NCBI GenBank assembly: GCA_964430885.1
Contig: CAYSHM010000004.1
Coordinates: 96,001 to 160,000, forward strand
Direction of reading: 5' to 3'
Length of the DNA: 64,000 nt
Source: an uncultured archaeon
GTDB taxonomy: Archaea > Thermoplasmatota > Penumbrarchaeia > JASLWR01
The position numbers were made by a program, and so were the translations under genes. Of this stretch, positions 19,301 to 27,057 are shown one piece after another (the first letter of the stretch is position 1; each line of letters opens with the position of its first letter). The notes under the pieces were generated by a model, which had not been told where the DNA came from, searched no databases, and worked only from the letters and a program-made list of their open reading frames with translations.

Positions 19301-20720
19301 AGTAAACAGTAACACTCTCAAGGCGGAGGATGTGAATGTCAGATGTTTTACTGGCGACGGCCTCCTCCTTTTATCCGCAAACATCACTGAACCTGCAGAT
19401 CAGGATTCCCCCACTACCTTTTCCTACAAGTATCTGGCCAACAGGATCGGTAAGGCATTCATCTCCCCCGTCATATTATCATACAGACTGAACGCCGGCC
19501 AGAGGTCCAGCGGCCAAATAACCAAGTATTACGGTCCAATTGAGGTCAATATCACCGATTCACCGGCCCGCAGGAGCGGTGTTTACCCTGACGGAATTGT
19601 CCGCAGCGGACCAGGTAAGTTCAATCCAGTACTTACCAAAACCATCACTCCGCAAGTGGTGCGTGCAGGTGAGGAGGCTCAGGTGACATTGAAGCTGGAG
19701 ATGGACTCAATGGCTGCAATAGATGCCTTTACAGAGGATGCGGATCTGTACATACTGGATGAACTTGACGATGATTTCATAATAAGCAATGTCGGACAGT
19801 ATATTACAGGTGATGAAATATTGAAATTCCCCGTGGATATCAATACAAATGAGCAATCATTCAGCTATAAGATCACTTGTCAGGAGTCTCACTCCAAACC
19901 TTTAGGGTCTGCAGTTCTCTACAATGAACATCTTGCGCTATGCAGTTCAGATTCGCCTGAATTCAAGGTCATGGACGGAGCTTCCGGACTTATCAGAAGA
20001 TTCTCAGAATTGGTATCTGAGGTTAACAATGCGGTGGAGATCCACATAGCGGCCTGGTCAGAGGACGCTCTTGGAAATATTGCTCTAGAGGATTACCTCC
20101 CGCCGGGATTTGAGGTTGATGAAACCTCAGTTGAATCCATGGTGGCCAGCAGTGAACATGTCAGTTCCTACGAATTAACCTCTGAAGGAGTGGTATTCTT
20201 CCTATATTCTTCGGATTCGGAGGTTGAATTCAGCTACAAGGCAGTGCCTACAATTCCCGGGAGGATGGTGGCACCCTGCGCTATAATGTATCCTATGTAT
20301 TCACCTTTGGATACAGTAGAATCAGAGTCATATCTGTTGACAGTGGTCCCTGAGGGATCGGAATGGGCAGTGGAATATATTCCCATGGAGGACGGTCAGA
20401 ATTCACTGGTGAACAACTCCGACGGAACTGATCCGGCAGATCCAGATCCAGCGGACAATTCCACCGATAAAGATGACGATACGCCTCAGAACCCAAATGA
20501 AACTCCAGGTGTGTCAGTCCCAATCAGCGGCCCCGACGGTCCCGGGGACGGTACTGGGGATAACGTCCAGGAGCCACCGGAGGATGTGAATGATCCAGGT
20601 AACGGCCGCGGTGATGGGGAAGAGGCGGGGCCGCTTCTGGGCTTTATTATCATGGGTGCCTTGTTTTTGGTACTGGCAGTTTTGATGATAATAAAATATA
20701 AAAGTAAAAAGCGCAGGTAG
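13329..20720 (+). CDS. Alpha-2-macroglobulin-family thioester protein, membrane-anchored
   Basis: MG-domain motif HTNKPIYLPGD, post-bait VREWFTDLALW and LPDNICKWRV, thioester PYDCTEQ (CTEQ at 18249-18260), QHQDGGWGWW, C-terminal EDYLPPGFE..PMYSP; signal peptide; C-terminal TM + KYKSKKRR. Confidence 0.92.
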   Translation: MLSEKRKKYYSILFVLILSSMAFGILVPASSAASEDSDFDGLSDDYERLIGTDPFNPDTDADGMNDADDPTPKGGLLNTEEVWTTWNITGDMSLQVIEQGQSFNVSFHISKFNPDGTEEVLENLDAYLYVYISRSYSTYLRLDKISIQATIGQYELSYRSNDPGKYRFILGVNASQITLGTHATSLEMDKLSSEGKIGYIQGAAYPPYHTTVASLYPVLLPGHKAHYNIQRYEYAPLDNSYLFLKRFAQHYSPTAAVGSLYAPSAGSVVAHLFKDSLISKQNLWAPVGGLEYNVTLLHQGGYNMAVTAYDTEIAWDHLYSQKFPFSTAYTSIIDPVYSWLEVSPGTPEVFQNVQFIANKYTVTTSMNESAFSHWYRGGGLRFIIENHPEHAQPHNTDVWISLFYYVYDHSARTRMAYTMFDRNLTLNGDASTSFQLTLPGTYAAAVKYSPVLPGHPQQNFPLYSRYGYKIRNDYHDISYFQCIGPEYVNVFKDGNVYFTQTGINVSVTGTSKGSMMTGRDAAVYLDGVYKNTFTFAGNSNDLDLGQLAKGAHDVHVLTIYDQDTRTIIESLGLSNFHYNWIGHCRFEVKSFLVHANAPSNVIRERQANVSVLVYGYGMEPVNNAQVKIEADGYNAPRIQVGQGTTAVDGTAKIGVVIPSNGRYYHTFHITVSRGGLTESVTSYFYARSSVAKGFIHTNKPIYLPGDDIKAQFSVYDVDDAAPHSGEVELRLTYRGNNKDIISEQVVLDEMGSGEMDFPISRDAPWGDYTISVLSDGSAVASRTIEVRYYETPDTRIVFDASLDLRTGEVEIPVQVEYMFGSPVNQGSVRYIVEGYSNTYVYPPYYGYWFMDCESDGISDCALPYYGWYDPAPLFKEDTNVSVLGGSANITLNIPKGVKRLSIAAEFSDDFDHYSENTIEYFVGESPDPELKTGLELTPAENTFTVGDDISFSLHTYNYKDAVNEEAGDLEEEFQGDVSTFLLLNVTSMNADSAVTYEGVFDLYTDLEGLTVFDLEELGLDIYNNSVSGRYYYKLTLSVVGESTPPATLEYSFFIHWVEYSIISSPNSFSPGENATITLEAENKLHTLDPDYNYSLIITKRDRYYGYYNYYYNSYYDHAPIFSQMGAASGRKEITWQVPDHIPQGLYIVRAEFSNDNYSVSMEHEVEIVDVPPLSISLSATPSSYYPGDQVDFSFTLSGNFNGYVYLSVDAGNDHLMESRMTAGNNGVFTISTLDWHSDLSGTVYLIDPDGRFISSSVSVKYGIDVLDISLEMNASSYEPGDQAQLSVEALMSDGSPAEGAHFSLSIADAGIFEIANDASAGDFYSSLVTPYEFDWGYRSVLSWSSDTWYPVGYTNMTKGYWPYINPEEHPWDDDYDGDSAGGGQGMQGGANDGIPEGDMGEQAPQDAELNNDLQEQLDNTDVREWFTDLALWLPAVILDGNGMASINFTLPDNICKWRVRGTGRTHGLIGGESVIEFNVSKDFFIEPKLPYKVTQDDELEFDVLIYNFNKNSVNARLGISAGEWLGVFGQVEVNITAPPDTIETHTYKVKIFGSMTNNLTIICSDMGANTDAVKKEMFVKPNGALYTSHLTGAVDPLSEEILAFKDELINGSQKVILRLAPGYGGLLKMGYSMLSGYPYDCTEQITSRLVPAVIFREYLRATGGLNWYNDRHLKRRIYTELQSLLSKQHQDGGWGWWKGDQSAQWISGWVLLGLTLTRDSGILVDNAVIQGAQSYLMNFLAGEDHWEPGLGDDMNGRELTSFLYYALVKSGVQVLARVEDYLLAEYSGGNLTSYGLSFYGLALEEKDDFYGDVLTALLSSKIASHYQSNEALGGHMETTGWALLLLANDDTEKAEMREALEWLNSRRLPNGDWGTTTATTASMLAILEMVKNADPTDMDVTVKVNGRQIAAEHVDERANRDFYNRLDALDITSYIRVSEPNTITIEKQGSGDLFYELTSVEYLRKRVSVDFTQHYTVSIGSTLDVEITADPVNSNTLKAEDVNVRCFTGDGLLLLSANITEPADQDSPTTFSYKYLANRIGKAFISPVILSYRLNAGQRSSGQITKYYGPIEVNITDSPARRSGVYPDGIVRSGPGKFNPVLTKTITPQVVRAGEEAQVTLKLEMDSMAAIDAFTEDADLYILDELDDDFIISNVGQYITGDEILKFPVDINTNEQSFSYKITCQESHSKPLGSAVLYNEHLALCSSDSPEFKVMDGASGLIRRFSELVSEVNNAVEIHIAAWSEDALGNIALEDYLPPGFEVDETSVESMVASSEHVSSYELTSEGVVFFLYSSDSEVEFSYKAVPTIPGRMVAPCAIMYPMYSPLDTVESESYLLTVVPEGSEWAVEYIPMEDGQNSLVNNSDGTDPADPDPADNSTDKDDDTPQNPNETPGVSVPISGPDGPGDGTGDNVQEPPEDVNDPGNGRGDGEEAGPLLGFIIMGALFLVLAVLMIIKYKSKKRR

Positions 20721-20848
20721 GGGCACTAACAATATTTATTCTCCGCACTCCTCGGTTTGGGCCGTATTAACTCATGGAAGAGCATATCTGATCATGTTGG
20801 ATGGAATGAAGGCCTGTGAAAGGGGATCATTAAATTTTAGGTGAATCG

Positions 20849-22897
20849 ATGTCAGGTCCCTACAAAGCTCCGGATTGTTCCCATAAAATTGAGCTTGATG
20901 ATTTCAATCATGGGGATTACCGAATACCTGGATCCTTGTCATCAGGTATGCTTCAAAGGAGTGATAAGAAGAAGGAGATGATGGAAGAGTACGGCGGCCG
21001 CAAGGCAACTGCAATGACCGCCCAAGAGAGCACGCAAAAGGCTGCAAATGTTTCGAGATTTGTTTTCCGAATGCCTGACGTTCAGAAGGTTATAGGTCCA
21101 ATAGTTCTTGTCTCCTTCCTCTGGGGTTTTCTTTTCGAACTTGCCTGGGGTGATGTGGCTTTTAATTCGATAATGGAAAGCAGTTTGGGATTGTTCCTGC
21201 TGCCTGCATTGGCCTCAGTTCTTGCCTCCTTCTTGCTGGATAAGCTGATGAGGGGGCGGCTTTATGTAAGGAGAGCTGCGTTTCTGTCCCTGATTTCTTT
21301 GCTCTCAATGGCGCCAGTCATGCTGATAATGTTCATACTGGACATATCATTGGATATTGATCTGTACATTATTCTAGTATTTGCTTATGCTTCAATTATC
21401 TGGGTAAGACATCTCTTTCTCATCAGTATATCCAACAGTAAACATCAGAGAGTTTTTCTGATATCCATTACCCAATCAACCCTAGGATTTATGGCAGTTC
21501 ATTATCTATATCCGTCTGAAGTAGCTAACATGGATTGGTACGTTTCCCTAATTTTCTCACTTATATTCTTATCAACCATTGTATGGTTCCTAGAGATAGT
21601 TTCATCTCCCGTGAAGACCGATTTCAATACCAATCTATGGGAAAATGTTGGTAATGCCATAGCCCATCTGACGGAAAGGGGGGATAAGGGCGTAAGCGGT
21701 CTTGAGTCGTTCTTCGCGAGTTTTTCCGAGGAGATAGATGTCTACATGGCAGTTGTAGGTTTCCGCAGTTTGAAGAGAAGAAGTCTGCGTAAAAAGAAAG
21801 CCAAGGGTGAAATAAAAGAAGGAGGGAACAAGGGTAAAAACGGCGCCCCACACCTAAAGGAACGCTTGAAAGGACTTTTTATCATCCCCTATGTTCACCC
21901 TGGTCCCTTTGGAATAATCGGCGGCAGCGACCTGAGAAGAAAACTTATGAGATATATAGGTAAGCTCTCACACCACACTGTACTTTTCCATGGGACTGCT
22001 ACCCATGATATAAATCTGGCCTCAACTGAGGAGACCGGGAAAATTGCTGACTCAGTAAGAAAATTGACCCGCGGTATAAAATATAAAAAGACAGCAAGCC
22101 CGTTTGTAAGATATCATAAGGATTTCCATATGTGCACTCAGTTCTTCGGCGATGGTGCCGTCAACGTATATTCCTCGGCACCAAATCCCACGGATGATAT
22201 TGACTATGCAACAGGGAACATGGCTGTTCAGGAGGCCCGGCTCCAGGGGGCCGAAAGAGCGGTGCTTGTTGATTCGCATAATTGTCTTGAACCAGGTGTT
22301 GGAGGAATACATTTCGGCACCAGAAGGAGCTATGAGATACTTGAATATATATCCGAGAGCATTGTGAAGGCAAGATGTGGCATGTCAAAGGGAGTTCGTG
22401 TCGGAATAGCCCAGGATGCAGATTTCACAGTTGACCAGGGCATATCGGACGGCGGCATACAGGTAATAGTCGTTGAGACAGGGGGGCAGAAAGCAGCCTA
22501 TGTGGTATTCGACGGGAACAACATGATTCCAGGTCTAAGGGAGAATATAATCAAATCAGTCAGAAAAAAAGTTGATGAATGCGAGGTTTTCACCAGCGAC
22601 AATCACAGCGTCAATGTTAATCTAGGCGGATACAATCCCGTCGGTTATCTTTATTCTCCGGAGGACCTGGTGAAAAGAACATTGCGGGTATTTGATGCGG
22701 CCTTAAAAGACCTGGAATCGGTGGAAGTAGGTATGAACACTGGTTTTGCACGCAGCGTCAAGGTGTTCGGAGTTGAGAATACCGCCAGACTTACCTCGAT
22801 GATAAATTCGTCAACATCCATACTTTTAAAGAGCGCTTTAGCCACTATAACTGTGGCTGTATTGAGCTGCGGATTGGTTATTACTCTGCTTCCTTGA
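20849..22897 (+). CDS. DUF2070-family archaeal membrane protein
   Basis: Multi-TM N-half; HPGPFG.IGGS, HG..THD.N, DSHN, DGNN, TSDNH motifs. Confidence 0.85.
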   Translation: MSGPYKAPDCSHKIELDDFNHGDYRIPGSLSSGMLQRSDKKKEMMEEYGGRKATAMTAQESTQKAANVSRFVFRMPDVQKVIGPIVLVSFLWGFLFELAWGDVAFNSIMESSLGLFLLPALASVLASFLLDKLMRGRLYVRRAAFLSLISLLSMAPVMLIMFILDISLDIDLYIILVFAYASIIWVRHLFLISISNSKHQRVFLISITQSTLGFMAVHYLYPSEVANMDWYVSLIFSLIFLSTIVWFLEIVSSPVKTDFNTNLWENVGNAIAHLTERGDKGVSGLESFFASFSEEIDVYMAVVGFRSLKRRSLRKKKAKGEIKEGGNKGKNGAPHLKERLKGLFIIPYVHPGPFGIIGGSDLRRKLMRYIGKLSHHTVLFHGTATHDINLASTEETGKIADSVRKLTRGIKYKKTASPFVRYHKDFHMCTQFFGDGAVNVYSSAPNPTDDIDYATGNMAVQEARLQGAERAVLVDSHNCLEPGVGGIHFGTRRSYEILEYISESIVKARCGMSKGVRVGIAQDADFTVDQGISDGGIQVIVVETGGQKAAYVVFDGNNMIPGLRENIIKSVRKKVDECEVFTSDNHSVNVNLGGYNPVGYLYSPEDLVKRTLRVFDAALKDLESVEVGMNTGFARSVKVFGVENTARLTSMINSSTSILLKSALATITVAVLSCGLVITLLP

Positions 22898-22997
22898 TTT
22901 TAAAAATCAATCTATAAGTTGGAGTTCTCAGTTCCAACCAAATTGTGAAAAATACCCGAGCAATAAATAAATAGAAAACTAACGTTAATATTATGTT

Positions 22998-25900
22998 ATG
23001 TTCCGAATTTCAGATATTTTCAGCCCCTTGAAACAGTTGGTTTTTCCTCTTCTTTCTGTATTTCTCCTTCTAACAATACTTTTCCAACCATTTGTTGATG
23101 CAGGGTTCAAATTTGATCCACAGGTAACTCAGCCTTCACATTCCCTTGATTTTGCCAGGATCGAATGTGTTTCTTCGTATGAGGAAGATAAAACCCGGGA
23201 GGACCATTCCCATCTATTGAACTATGATGATGTTGTTCTTATAGTCAATGATAACTCCCAGATGTCAAGGGATGTGGCGGATTATTTCGTTGCTAACCGA
23301 AATTTTCCAGTTAATAATATCATCAATATCACAGCTCCTACTGGTGAGACGGTCAACAGGAACCAGTTCAATGATTTCAGGGAACAGATAGAGGAGAACA
23401 TCACTGACCGGAACCTAACTCTGAAGATCAATTATATTATTACCACAAAAGGGGTGCCTCTACGGATATCCGGCGGGGCGAACCAGAGAGCCAGTGTCGA
23501 TTCGGAGCTGGCATTGATATTGAACAGTAACCAGAACTATATAGGCAACAATGGCTGGATGATAAATCCCTATTACGGTCAGTTCAAGCCCTTCACCTCC
23601 AAAAAATATGACATGTATCTGGTCACGAGACTGACGGCCTATACTTTCGATGAGATCAAAGCGATAATAGACAATGCTGCAAATTCCTTAAATGTCACCG
23701 GAGAGTTCGTTCTGGATGTGGACCCTGGCCGAGACGGATCACCGGGATACAAGATTGGTAACGATTGGCTCCGCAGCGCCAATCATACCCTCTCAAATAT
23801 GGGCATGGATACCTACTTCGATACAACAAATACCTTTGTTAATAACCGAACGGGCGTAATGGGTTATTCATCCTGGGGGTCCAACGATGGGCATTGGTTC
23901 AAGAACCTTGTGTCCAACTCTAATATGGAGACTGACGGTAATGGTGATGATATTCCAGACAGCTGGTATCCTGTTGAACAGGCGAACAGCAGTGTAAATA
24001 GAAGTGATGAGGACTCCTACAGGAACACCTATTCAGTAAAACTCGCCCGCCAGAATTCTGGAGATGGTGAGGTGTCGCTCTATCAGGATTTCTACGTGGA
24101 GCCCGATAGGAGATACTACCTTTCAGGATATGCCAATCTATCCGGTGTTAGCAGCGATGGATACGCCCGTCTGAGAATAAAGGCGGTGGATTCCCATGGC
24201 GATGTGTTATGGAACAAGTACGGTACCCAAAGGAGGGGAACTACCAATGAGTGGAAATCCATGGGTCAGCTTATTTACGAGCCTATACCAGGAGTTGTCA
24301 GGCTCGAATTGGGATGTACGCTCTTCAAGTCATCTGGAACTGCATATTTTGATTACGTAAGGCTCAATGAGATAAGACCTCATATGGAATTTCTTCCCGG
24401 AGCAATAGCCGAAACCTTCGTGTCCACCGGCGGCAGGAGCATGACATACGGGACCGCTTACGGTCAATCCCTGGTTGCCGATCTTCTCAGAGAAGGTGTT
24501 ACAGGGGTTAAAGGATATACCTGGGAACCATATCTTTCCGCAATATCCCATCCTGATAAACTCCTTCCCTGGTATGCCTCAGGATATGATCTGGCCTCAT
24601 CATTCTGGGCGGGGTCCCAGTTCATCGGCTGGATGGGGACGGTGATCGGCGACCCGAAATGCGCTCCTTACTACTACTCAAGGCCCGATCTTGAGGTGAC
24701 ATCCTTGGAACTGTCGCATGCCGAACCGTCGCAGCATGAGGACCTTCAAATTAATATAACCTTGACCAACAGCGGGTTCGGGGATGCGGACTCCACTTTT
24801 AGTATCACACTCTGGAATGACAGCATAGGGGGTGAGGATCTGGATACAAGATTCCACTCCCTTTCAGCAGGAGGGAATTTGGCCTTGACCTTCAAAATCG
24901 AGGCAACCCAGATGAACGGCACTAACCGTTTTGTCCTGGAGGTTGACAGAGGCAACAACATACTAGAGACCGATGAGAGCAACAATATTGAGCTTATTGA
25001 ACTCTATGTGAACGAGAGGCCTAAAGCTGTATCCCAGTTTCCACATGTGGAGGTTTTGGAGGACTCATTCAATAACTCTCTGGATCTTACGGATATGTAT
25101 TTTTCAGATAGGGAAGGCGATCTACTTCATTTCAGGGTTGAACCTCATGGTATATCCGATTATATATTGAATCGACTGAATTACTCAATAGAAGAAGGAT
25201 ATCTCAATATCAGCGTATACGATAACATGACCATCCAGGATATTGTTTTCAGAATTTACTGTGACGATAGGTATCCAGTTGGTAATGATATTTTTCTTGA
25301 TCTCTACGTTTCAGTGCTCCCGATAAATGATCCCCCTTTCCTCTGGAAGACTCCTTTACCCATAGTATTGAACGAAGGCGGGATAATCGAATCCCAGCAG
25401 CTTAAGGAGAGGGATATTTTCAGGGATATTGACAGCGATGACCTGTATTATGCCATAAGGATTATGGAAATGGAGGAGATTTCAGGGATATCCCCTGAGG
25501 AAGTGAACATCACCCTCAAGGTCAACGATGATATCAAGGTGATAAGTCCCGGTGACTATTACGGCAACATTACCCTTAGAACCTTTTGCTGGGATGAGCG
25601 GTTCAATCTCAGCGCCCTGTCCATGAACGATACCGGACCTTATACCTGGATAGACCTGGTTATTAACATTCAACCAATAAATGATGCTCCTAAATTCGAA
25701 GAGGAGGATGTATATGTTTTCATTCCAGAGGATGCCTATAAGTATCCCACTCTTAATCTGTCCTCAGTATGTCATGATATTGACAATGATTTTGATTCTC
25801 TGAAGTGGGATATATCAGATATAGTGCCTCAGGGGAAGGCCGAAGCCAATATAGAAGATGGGCGCCTTTTAGTAACTTTACCTCTCAATTATACTGACGG

Positions 25901-26858
25901 TGTACTGATGAAATTAAGGGTCAGTGACGGACAATACACTTCAGATTGTTATGTTCATCTGGAGCCAGTTCCTCTAAATGATCTTCCGGTTCTGAATATT
26001 AAGTCCTTATCTGAAAAGGCTGATGGCAATCTCAGCTTGAAACTGGAATTTACCGACAGCGACACGGCGGCGACGGATATGAGATTTAATATTAGCGTGG
26101 ACAGGGAAAGCAATCTAAATGTACCCTTACTGGAATTCATACCGGTTTCTGAGAATTCCTACCGGACCTCAATGACGCTGGTAATTGATCATCTGACGCT
26201 CACACCGGGCAATCATACCCTTTGGGTGGAGATTTGGGATTCAGAGGATACGTGGTCTGAAGCTATGGCTTTGTTCTTGGTACCTGAACCCCAAGGAGGC
26301 GAGAACGGCGACGATGATGATGACAACAATGTATCTGATGATGACAATGACGATACAGGCGGTTCGGACGACAATAGTGGAATAAACGAAGAATCGGAAA
26401 AACCATTCTACTCCGAGCCTGTGAACCTTATAGTTGCAGGGATCGTTGTAATCCTGATAATTGGCAGTATAGCTCTTGCCCTGGCCCTTCGGAGAAAGAA
26501 GAGTAAGAAGGAGGTTAAGGGCGGTCCATCAGGTGAAGGAAGTATGGATGACATTTATGGCGCTTACTTGGATGAAATGGCTTTTGGGGAAGACGAGGAA
26601 ATCGAGGATGAGGGTTATGATGATGACAGGATTATCCATGAATCTTTGGGTCATTCTGGAATCAAGGTGAAAGAAGATGACCTGGATATGTATCCACCTG
26701 ATGATGAAGATGATCTAATCTTGGAATCTCAAGTTGAGACAGAGGGCATTATGGTTGCATCTGAGCATAGTTCCGATGCGAGTTCACCCGACGAGGAGGT
26801 AGGGATGGAGGATGTAGAGGATGAAAAAAGCTCGAAAATACCGCCCCCTCCCAAATAG
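22998..26858 (+). CDS. TIGR03790-family surface protein with carbohydrate-binding-like insert, CARDB and cadherin-like repeats, TM anchor and acidic tail
   Basis: VVLIVNDNS..S..VADYF, SVDSEL, SWGSND, FLPGAIAETFVST, QSLVADLLREGVTGVKGYTWEPYL, VIGDP; CARDB (PDLEV..ETDESNN); PINDPP/PINDAP repeats. Confidence 0.8.
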   Translation: MFRISDIFSPLKQLVFPLLSVFLLLTILFQPFVDAGFKFDPQVTQPSHSLDFARIECVSSYEEDKTREDHSHLLNYDDVVLIVNDNSQMSRDVADYFVANRNFPVNNIINITAPTGETVNRNQFNDFREQIEENITDRNLTLKINYIITTKGVPLRISGGANQRASVDSELALILNSNQNYIGNNGWMINPYYGQFKPFTSKKYDMYLVTRLTAYTFDEIKAIIDNAANSLNVTGEFVLDVDPGRDGSPGYKIGNDWLRSANHTLSNMGMDTYFDTTNTFVNNRTGVMGYSSWGSNDGHWFKNLVSNSNMETDGNGDDIPDSWYPVEQANSSVNRSDEDSYRNTYSVKLARQNSGDGEVSLYQDFYVEPDRRYYLSGYANLSGVSSDGYARLRIKAVDSHGDVLWNKYGTQRRGTTNEWKSMGQLIYEPIPGVVRLELGCTLFKSSGTAYFDYVRLNEIRPHMEFLPGAIAETFVSTGGRSMTYGTAYGQSLVADLLREGVTGVKGYTWEPYLSAISHPDKLLPWYASGYDLASSFWAGSQFIGWMGTVIGDPKCAPYYYSRPDLEVTSLELSHAEPSQHEDLQINITLTNSGFGDADSTFSITLWNDSIGGEDLDTRFHSLSAGGNLALTFKIEATQMNGTNRFVLEVDRGNNILETDESNNIELIELYVNERPKAVSQFPHVEVLEDSFNNSLDLTDMYFSDREGDLLHFRVEPHGISDYILNRLNYSIEEGYLNISVYDNMTIQDIVFRIYCDDRYPVGNDIFLDLYVSVLPINDPPFLWKTPLPIVLNEGGIIESQQLKERDIFRDIDSDDLYYAIRIMEMEEISGISPEEVNITLKVNDDIKVISPGDYYGNITLRTFCWDERFNLSALSMNDTGPYTWIDLVINIQPINDAPKFEEEDVYVFIPEDAYKYPTLNLSSVCHDIDNDFDSLKWDISDIVPQGKAEANIEDGRLLVTLPLNYTDGVLMKLRVSDGQYTSDCYVHLEPVPLNDLPVLNIKSLSEKADGNLSLKLEFTDSDTAATDMRFNISVDRESNLNVPLLEFIPVSENSYRTSMTLVIDHLTLTPGNHTLWVEIWDSEDTWSEAMALFLVPEPQGGENGDDDDDNNVSDDDNDDTGGSDDNSGINEESEKPFYSEPVNLIVAGIVVILIIGSIALALALRRKKSKKEVKGGPSGEGSMDDIYGAYLDEMAFGEDEEIEDEGYDDDRIIHESLGHSGIKVKEDDLDMYPPDDEDDLILESQVETEGIMVASEHSSDASSPDEEVGMEDVEDEKSSKIPPPPK

Positions 26859-27057
26859 ATTATATTGATTCACCTAGCCGAAAGCTCTTCAATAATGAAT
26901 GATTTTTTAGAATATAAATGGAAAATGTCATATAACTGGGTGTTGTTTTTTAAAGGAGATTCAATATTCGGTATGCTTCAAAATCTTTGAATAATACGGT
27001 TTATCGATCAAATGATGTATCATATCGATATGCTCTGCAGTTGAGGTGAGTTGTCAT

